Under the pieces are notes generated by a model, which did no database searches, was not told the origin of the DNA, and saw only the letters and a list, made by a program, of their open reading frames with translations. The position numbers and the translations under genes are program-made. DNA of 41,481 nucleotides, taken from contig CAZWBF010000003.1 of assembly GCA_964632185.1 (NCBI GenBank), positions 1 to 41,481 on the forward strand, given 5' to 3'. This document shows, in pieces, positions 36,146 to 41,481 of the stretch. Position 1 is the stretch's first letter, and each line of letters opens with the position of its first letter. This DNA is from an uncultured archaeon. Lineage in GTDB: Archaea; Aenigmatarchaeota; Aenigmatarchaeia; CG10238-14; CAZWBF01.

Positions 36146-37035
36146 TATTTTTCACCTTTTATCAACTCTAAAAAACCAATTCCTCTGCCTATCTTTTGAT
36201 ATTTATTTATTTTTTCTTTCAAATCTTCTATAATTAGCAATCTAAAAATTTCTTCAAAAACTTTTTCTTTAAGTAAAAAGTTATGAATTTCTATTTTTGA
36301 AATTTCCATTATTCTTTTCATATTTTCTTCTCTCCTCTTAGCTAATACATCACTATATCCTTGCCAAAAAGCTCTTTCTAAGAAAAACTCTTTTGTAAGT
36401 TTCTCTGGAAAAACTCTATGCCAAATTAGAGCCTTGGGGTCGTAAATAATTTTAAATCCTTTTTTTAAAATCCTTTCTTGAATTTCTATATCTTCATTAC
36501 ATAAAGGTTCTGTTAATGTTCTTCCTATCTTTTCATCAAAGTAACCAACTTTATCAAATATTTCTTTTCTGAAACAAATGTTAGAACCCCACAACAAAGG
36601 TTTTTTTAATTCCATTTTTTTATTTCCTAGAATTGTCGCACCAAGAAAGCCTTTAAAAATATTGCGTGGTATATTATCTAATTCTTTTGGAACTTTACCC
36701 TCAAACATCAAATTTATTTTACCCCCAACACAAACTATTTTATCATCAACAAAATTCTTAATAAGATTTTTTATCCAAAATTTATCGGCTATCGCATCAT
36801 CATCTATAAAACAAACAAATTCTCCTTTGCTATTTTGTATACCCAAATTTCTTTGATAAGAAACATTTGCTTTAGAAGAATACACAAATTTTACTCCATC
36901 AATTTTGTTTTTTATGGAGATATCACAACTAACAACTACAATTTCAAAATCTTCAAATTTTTGATTTTTGAGGGATTCTATACAATCAAAAATTGTTTCT
37001 CTGCCAATTGTACATACAATAATTGAAACTTTCAT
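36145..37035 (-). CDS. GT2-family (GT-A fold) glycosyltransferase
   Basis: MKVSIIVCTIGRE...FEIVVVS...CFIDDDAI (DxD). 296 aa. Its stop shares 1 nt with the downstream rSAM start. Confidence 0.88.
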   Translation of the reverse strand: MKVSIIVCTIGRETIFDCIESLKNQKFEDFEIVVVSCDISIKNKIDGVKFVYSSKANVSYQRNLGIQNSKGEFVCFIDDDAIADKFWIKNLIKNFVDDKIVCVGGKINLMFEGKVPKELDNIPRNIFKGFLGATILGNKKMELKKPLLWGSNICFRKEIFDKVGYFDEKIGRTLTEPLCNEDIEIQERILKKGFKIIYDPKALIWHRVFPEKLTKEFFLERAFWQGYSDVLAKRREENMKRIMEISKIEIHNFLLKEKVFEEIFRLLIIEDLKEKINKYQKIGRGIGFLELIKGEK

Positions 37036-38030
37036 TTACTTCCCTTTTTAATTCTTTTCAACATTCTTATCTCTTCTTCTTTTTCTTCAATTTTTATTCC
37101 CATCTCTACTACAAGTTTTTGAAGTTCATTTTTATACTTCTCTTCTATATTTTTTCTTTCTATTTCCTTTTTTTTCAGTTCATTTTCAAATTCTTTCCTT
37201 AATTTCTGAAATTCTTTATCTTTTTTTCTTAGTTCATTTTCAAATTCCTTTCTTATTTTTTGAAGTTCTCCTTCTTTCCTATTAAATTCCTCTTTTAATC
37301 TTTCAATATCTTTTAAGAGTTTTACTATTTCCTTTTTGTATCCTTTTGAAATTTCCTTTATCCTCTTCTTATGTTTTTTCCATATATCATTTATTTCCTT
37401 GTCTCTTTGATTTCTTAATTTTTTTAATTTATCTAATAATTTTAGATTTTCACTTTTTGCCTCCTTTAATTCTCCTTTTATCCTTTCCAAATCTTCTTTT
37501 TCTCTTTTAATTCTCTCTAATTCTGCTTTCATTTCTTCTTTTTCTCTTTTAATTCTCTCTAATTCTGCTTTTAGATATTCAACTATACTTAAGGTCAATA
37601 AAAATGAAGAAAAGGGCTTTGTTTTAACATTTATTGGTTTTTCTTTTTTCGGTATTATTAGAGCAACTTCAGGAAGGTCGAAATTTGCAACCAAAATATT
37701 TTGTGAAATTTTTTTCAAATCTTCTATTTTATTATTAACATCTGTTTTAAATTCTTTCTCACTTAACATTTTTTCAACTGTGGAATCGGCCTCTTCAATA
37801 ATTTGTTGAAGTGGAAGAATTATCCACAATCTATCTGATAGATTATACAACCTTTTAATTTCTTCTATATCCAACGAATTTAGACTTTCAATTATTATAT
37901 TTTTATATTTCTTTTTGTGCAACTCTACTTCATCTAGTTTTATCGTTGGTATTCCTTCTTCTTTTTTTCCAATAAAAATAAACTCTTCATTTCCTATAAC
38001 TTTTAAAATTTTTTTTATTATTTCTTTCAT
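37032..38030 (-). CDS. coiled-coil protein with internal tandem repeats and an N-terminal ~150-aa domain of unknown function
   Basis: The C-terminal ~180 aa are almost pure E/K/R/L heptad-like sequence. They contain the repeats KAELERIKREKEE(M/D) x2 and (I/L)RKEFENEL(R/K)KK x2. ATGA-type overlaps link it to both neighbours. Confidence 0.8.
   Translation of the reverse strand: MKEIIKKILKVIGNEEFIFIGKKEEGIPTIKLDEVELHKKKYKNIIIESLNSLDIEEIKRLYNLSDRLWIILPLQQIIEEADSTVEKMLSEKEFKTDVNNKIEDLKKISQNILVANFDLPEVALIIPKKEKPINVKTKPFSSFLLTLSIVEYLKAELERIKREKEEMKAELERIKREKEDLERIKGELKEAKSENLKLLDKLKKLRNQRDKEINDIWKKHKKRIKEISKGYKKEIVKLLKDIERLKEEFNRKEGELQKIRKEFENELRKKDKEFQKLRKEFENELKKKEIERKNIEEKYKNELQKLVVEMGIKIEEKEEEIRMLKRIKKGSK
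37492..37571. repeat. 42-nt in-frame tandem duplication inside the coiled-coil gene
   Basis: 37492..37529 is identical to 37534..37571 (38 nt, period 42 nt = 14 codons). It encodes KAELERIKREKEE twice. Confidence 0.9.
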
Positions 38031-39406
38031 TTAATCCCCATCGCTTTTTTTCCTAAATCAGTTCTCACTAAAATATCATAAAAATATTTGGTTGCAAATT
38101 CTAACCAAATTCTTTTTTTAAATTCGTTTACGACATTTTCGTTATTACTTGAAGTGATTAATTCCCCCTTTTCAAACAAGCAAAGTTGCTTATTCATTTT
38201 ATCTAAATCTTTGTAAACAAAAATTGTTTTTCCTTCTTTGAATTTATCAAATTCTTTTTTACCATCTTCTCCAGAAACAATTGTTAAATCATAAAAAGGA
38301 TTGTTTTTTCCAGGCAACATAAACAACTTATTTTCATTACTTTCTTTAAAATATTTTACAACTACTTTAAAAGGACTTTTATTCAACAATTTATCATCAC
38401 ATTTGACCCAAACATCATACTGCCCTTCTTCAATTGGCAAAGAGTTTGTACTAAAAATTACATTATTTTTAACAATCTTATTTGAAAATACCCTCACAAT
38501 TGAATTTCCTGTAAACAACAGTTCATTAATTTTCCCTACATCTTTAGTTTTTATTGTTATTCTACATTTTCCTCCGGTCTTCAAAATGAAAGGATAGGCA
38601 CCAACAACATTAAATTTAATATTATTCTCCTTTTCAACAATTCTATTCAATCTTTTCAATCTTTTACTTTCCATCATTTCGTCGTATTTTTCACAAACTT
38701 TTTCAGAAGGTCCTAAAGAAATTATTCTTCCTCTTTTAAGAATTAAAGCTCTATCGCAAAATTTTTTTATATCAGTTGATGAATGCATAACCAAAACAAT
38801 AGTTTTTCCTTCTTCTTTTATTCTTCTTATCATTTCTAAACATTTTGTCTGAAAATCTGCATCACCAACACTTAAAAGTTCATCGATAAGTATTATGTCC
38901 GCATCTGTATGGAAAGCTATAGAAAAAGATAATCTCATTATCATTCCGTCAGAAAAATCTCTAAGTTTTACGTCCATCATATTTTTAAGTTCTGCAAACT
39001 TTACTATTTGGTCATATTTCTCTTCTATTTCTTTTTTCTTCATCCCTAAAATTGAGCCGTAAATATATACATTTTCTTTTGCTGTCAATTCTTTTTTAAA
39101 ACCTATTCCAAGACTAAGAATTGGAAGTATTTTTCCATTCGTTATTACATCCCCCTTATCAGGTTGAATTATCCCTGCAATTACTTTGAGAAGTGTTGTT
39201 TTACCAGAACCGTTTTCTCCTAAAATTCCAAAACATTCTCCACTTTTTATTGACAAATTTATGTTCTTTAATGCAATGATTTTTTCATTTTTCCTTTTCT
39301 TTCTCAAATTTTTACTGAAATTTATAAACCTTTCTTTAAGTGTTAACTCTTTTTTTCTTTCTAAATTGAATTCCTTACACACGTTTTCTAATTTTATAGC
39401 TATCAT
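38027..39406 (-). CDS. ABC transporter ATP-binding protein, Wzt/TagH-like, with a ~200-aa C-terminal extension
   Basis: Walker A GENGSGKTT; signature-like FSDGMIMRLSF; Walker B IILIDE; H-loop VLVMHS. Residues ~250-459 form an extra, apparently beta-rich domain. Confidence 0.9.
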   Translation of the reverse strand: MIAIKLENVCKEFNLERKKELTLKERFINFSKNLRKKRKNEKIIALKNINLSIKSGECFGILGENGSGKTTLLKVIAGIIQPDKGDVITNGKILPILSLGIGFKKELTAKENVYIYGSILGMKKKEIEEKYDQIVKFAELKNMMDVKLRDFSDGMIMRLSFSIAFHTDADIILIDELLSVGDADFQTKCLEMIRRIKEEGKTIVLVMHSSTDIKKFCDRALILKRGRIISLGPSEKVCEKYDEMMESKRLKRLNRIVEKENNIKFNVVGAYPFILKTGGKCRITIKTKDVGKINELLFTGNSIVRVFSNKIVKNNVIFSTNSLPIEEGQYDVWVKCDDKLLNKSPFKVVVKYFKESNENKLFMLPGKNNPFYDLTIVSGEDGKKEFDKFKEGKTIFVYKDLDKMNKQLCLFEKGELITSSNNENVVNEFKKRIWLEFATKYFYDILVRTDLGKKAMGIK

Positions 39407-40197
39407 TATATCAACTCTCTGACAATTCTTTTTTCTTTTTTAAATTTTTTATAACCTATTATACAAAGAACAAAGGAAAATAATAGAAGAATTATTAAAC
39501 CTTTAACTATCGATATATGCTCAATAAATTTTGGTGACGAATAAAGAAGAATTCCCTGATACAAATAAATTAAAATTGTGATAGGATTAAGCATATAAAC
39601 TCCTCTGTAAAGAGATGGTATATCTTCAATTCTATAAACGATTGGAGTAAGAAACAAAAGAATTTCAAAAATTATTGTAAGAATGTAATTCAAATCTCTC
39701 ATTTGGAGATAAAGAACAGAAAAATATAAACCAAAACCAATGATTATTAAAAAACTTATGAAAATTATGATTGGTAATAAAAGAATGTAAATTGAAAATG
39801 AAACAAAAAAGCTTATGAGTAGAAGAATTATACTTAACTCGATAAAAAAAGAGAGTGTTGTTGAAATGGCTTTAACTAGAATAATAGTTTCAAGGTTTAT
39901 ATCAGATTTTACAAGAATGTGAGAATAGTCTGTGAAACATCTTGTTAATTCTAATATTCCTTTTCTTAGATATCTATAGGGTATTAGGCCACAAACAAAA
40001 AATAAAAACCAATCCACAAAATTTACTTTGAGAATTAGAGGAAAAATGACCGAATACGAAATAATTAATATCAGAGGTTCTATTAATGACCATAATAAGC
40101 CCAGATAAGAACCAGCATATCTTATTTTAAAGTCAACAATCGCCAGCGTCCAAACTTTATCCTTTATTTCTATAACTTTTTTTAGAAGTTTTTTCAT
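39406..40197 (-). CDS. ABC-2 type (Wzm/TagG-like) polysaccharide exporter permease
   Basis: 263 aa with ~6 TM helices. The N-terminal VDFKIRYAGSYLGLLWSLIEPL is typical of ABC-2 permeases. Its stop shares 1 nt with the ATPase start. Confidence 0.85.
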   Translation of the reverse strand: MKKLLKKVIEIKDKVWTLAIVDFKIRYAGSYLGLLWSLIEPLILIISYSVIFPLILKVNFVDWFLFFVCGLIPYRYLRKGILELTRCFTDYSHILVKSDINLETIILVKAISTTLSFFIELSIILLLISFFVSFSIYILLLPIIIFISFLIIIGFGLYFSVLYLQMRDLNYILTIIFEILLFLTPIVYRIEDIPSLYRGVYMLNPITILIYLYQGILLYSSPKFIEHISIVKGLIILLLFSFVLCIIGYKKFKKEKRIVRELI

Positions 40198-40250
40198 AAG
40201 GAAATTTATAATTTAAAATAATAAATTTCTAGATTCATTAACAAACAATT
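40198..40250. promoter_or_regulatory. divergent intergenic region, putative promoter of the ~16 kb exporter-GT-rSAM operon and of the AP-family gene
   Basis: 53 nt with TTTAAAATAATAAAT / TTTAAATTATAAAT boxes about 14-35 nt from the two ATGs. No Shine-Dalgarno motif. Confidence 0.3.
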
Positions 40251-41481
40251 ATGAAGAAAAAAATTATTTTTCTACTAAGCGTTTTTTTAATAATAATTTT
40301 TCTTTATTTCCTTTATCCCCTTTTCTATACCTTTATTTTCAAAGTAGAAGGTAATGAAATTGTAGTAATTGGATTAGATGGTGGAGATTATGAATTAATT
40401 GAACAATTAATAAGGGAAGGTAAACTCCCAAATCTTGAAAAAATTATTGAAAATGGAACGATTTCAACTTTCCGTTCGACATCAAAAAGCCTTGATTCTT
40501 ATTCAGCTTGGAATTCTCTTACAAAATGTGGAAATTCTTCTCTTTGGATTAAACTTAAAGAAAGCAATATAAGTTATGGAACTCTTAATTGGCCAAATGT
40601 TTCTGAATTTGGAGTATTTACTATTATCAATGAAAACGATAATGAAAAATGGCCCGAAGAAGTTTATGACTCAAAGGCTTTAATAATATTTTTAAATCCA
40701 GTAACTGAATTTTTCAGGAAACTATATTGGTTTAAAATAATCATCCCTCAAGACAAAATCGAAAAAGATTTGATTTATGACTTCTATCTACTTGATAGGA
40801 ATGCTAGAGAATTTTATTATCTACGGGAAAAATTTAAACCAAATATCTCATTTCTTGTTTTATCTTCTCCTTTAAGAATAGAACGATATTTTTGGATGTA
40901 CATGTTTCCTTCAAAATATGAAAGTTATGTAACAAATGAAGAAAAGGAAAAATATGGTAAAGTTATTGAAAACTATTATATCGAACTTGATAATTTTATA
41001 GGGAAGTTGTGTGAAAGAAATAAAACATTAGTAATAATTTCAAATAGAGGTGTGAAAGAAAGATATCCACCCAAAATAGTAGACAAAATTGATATAAATA
41101 AAATTTTAAAGGAAGCTAACCTACTTGAATTTGATTATAGAGGGGAAATAAACTTCTTGAATTCAAAGGCATTTACTTTTGAAGAAGGTTTAGATGAGAA
41201 CTTAATAATAAATATTAAAGATAACAATATTTCGGGCATAAAAGAAAAATTGAAAAAACTGTTTGAAGAAACAAAAATACTTCCTTCTAACCAAAAAGTT
41301 GCCAATGTTAGTGAATATGAAGATAAAATTATTTTAAGAAGGAATGTACCTTTTATTTTAACTGATAAAACTCTTTTAATCGGGAACAAAAGCTTTTCAT
41401 TGAACGATTTTCTTTTGAGGAGAATTATTTCAGTAGAAGAGGATGATGAAGGATTTATTATTATAAATAAAAAGATTAAAT
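40251..41481 (+). CDS. membrane-anchored alkaline-phosphatase-superfamily (type I phosphodiesterase/nucleotide pyrophosphatase-like) protein; 3' end cut by window edge; absent from ORF track
   Basis: My own translation from the ATG at 40251 is open to the window end (410 codons). N-terminal TM (IIFLLSVFLIIIFLYFLY), then VVIGLDGGDYELIEQLIREGKLPNL and FRSTSKSLDSYSAWNSL, resembling the metal-site and nucleophile regions of the AP superfamily. The - ORF 41135..41389 is its antisense shadow. Confidence 0.6.
   Translation, partial: MKKKIIFLLSVFLIIIFLYFLYPLFYTFIFKVEGNEIVVIGLDGGDYELIEQLIREGKLPNLEKIIENGTISTFRSTSKSLDSYSAWNSLTKCGNSSLWIKLKESNISYGTLNWPNVSEFGVFTIINENDNEKWPEEVYDSKALIIFLNPVTEFFRKLYWFKIIIPQDKIEKDLIYDFYLLDRNAREFYYLREKFKPNISFLVLSSPLRIERYFWMYMFPSKYESYVTNEEKEKYGKVIENYYIELDNFIGKLCERNKTLVIISNRGVKERYPPKIVDKIDINKILKEANLLEFDYRGEINFLNSKAFTFEEGLDENLIINIKDNNISGIKEKLKKLFEETKILPSNQKVANVSEYEDKIILRRNVPFILTDKTLLIGNKSFSLNDFLLRRIISVEEDDEGFIIINKKIK

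Noticed and set aside
1333-39422. Roughly 40 further 60-160 aa ORFs in the track lying antisense to long genes (for example 8933-9220, 12390-12641, 13633-13833, 16115-16507, 22941-23123, 24659-24850, 25708-26160, 27216-27704, 29484-29690, 30379-30840, 31653-31991, 39186-39422)
   Set aside because: Each lies entirely inside a longer, motif-rich ORF on the other strand. Many contain (G)SPPP, the reverse of GGGEP. Their composition is the F/I/L/S-rich pattern expected from reading AT-rich, Lys/Glu/Asn-rich genes backwards. No independent support exists.
41135-41389. 84-aa minus-strand ORF
   Set aside because: It is antisense to the long open frame of the AP-superfamily gene (40251 to the window end) and has shadow-ORF composition.
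40251-41481. anSME-sulfatase pairing (rSAM maturases generating formylglycine in an AP-superfamily sulfatase)
   Set aside because: The AP-family protein shows no C/S-x-P-x-R sulfatase motif in the region I could translate. One target also would not explain two dozen maturases.
1-41481. tRNA, rRNA, CRISPR arrays, transposases, integrases and prophage genes
   Set aside because: There are no GC-rich structured islands in the few short intergenic gaps. There are no regularly spaced direct repeats with unique spacers. No ORF shows recombinase, transposase or phage hallmark motifs. The repeats present are paralog-derived or in-frame coding duplications.

Overview
Very AT-rich, tightly packed window with almost no intergenic space. 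Many start/stop codons overlap, consistent with an uncultivated AT-rich archaeon (DPANN-like) or a CPR-type bacterium; I cannot decide which from sequence alone. About two-thirds of the window is a tandem array of 25 radical SAM (rSAM) genes. Twenty-one are paralogs of one ~360-aa family (7232-32964): a short N-terminal helix, CNLxCxxC, GGGEP, TNGTL, xDGP..HDxxRG and a C-terminal C-x12-G-x4-C...CxxC auxiliary-cluster module. Four belong to a second family with a CxxxCxxC(N/E)xWK motif (32965-36145, plus a 3'-truncated copy at 1-1015 that is absent from the ORF track). Glycan assembly and export genes flank the array on both sides. On the left are a DUF362 protein, a GT-C (ArnT/PMT-like) membrane glycosyltransferase, a GH-A-like hydrolase and two GT4 enzymes. 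On the right are a GT2, a repeat-containing coiled-coil protein and a Wzt/Wzm-type ABC exporter, followed by a divergently transcribed alkaline-phosphatase-superfamily protein. Three non-rSAM genes sit inside the array: a membrane-anchored protein with six CX10-11C repeats, an aldo/keto reductase fused to a 4Fe-4S motif, and an 88-aa coiled-coil ORF. The main finding is the array itself. All SAM-cluster motifs are intact, the paralogs are diverged but carry short identical (gene-conversion-like) patches, and the array is translationally coupled to the glycan exporter. There is no room for precursor peptides or RRE domains. I saw no rRNA, tRNA, CRISPR or mobile-element genes.
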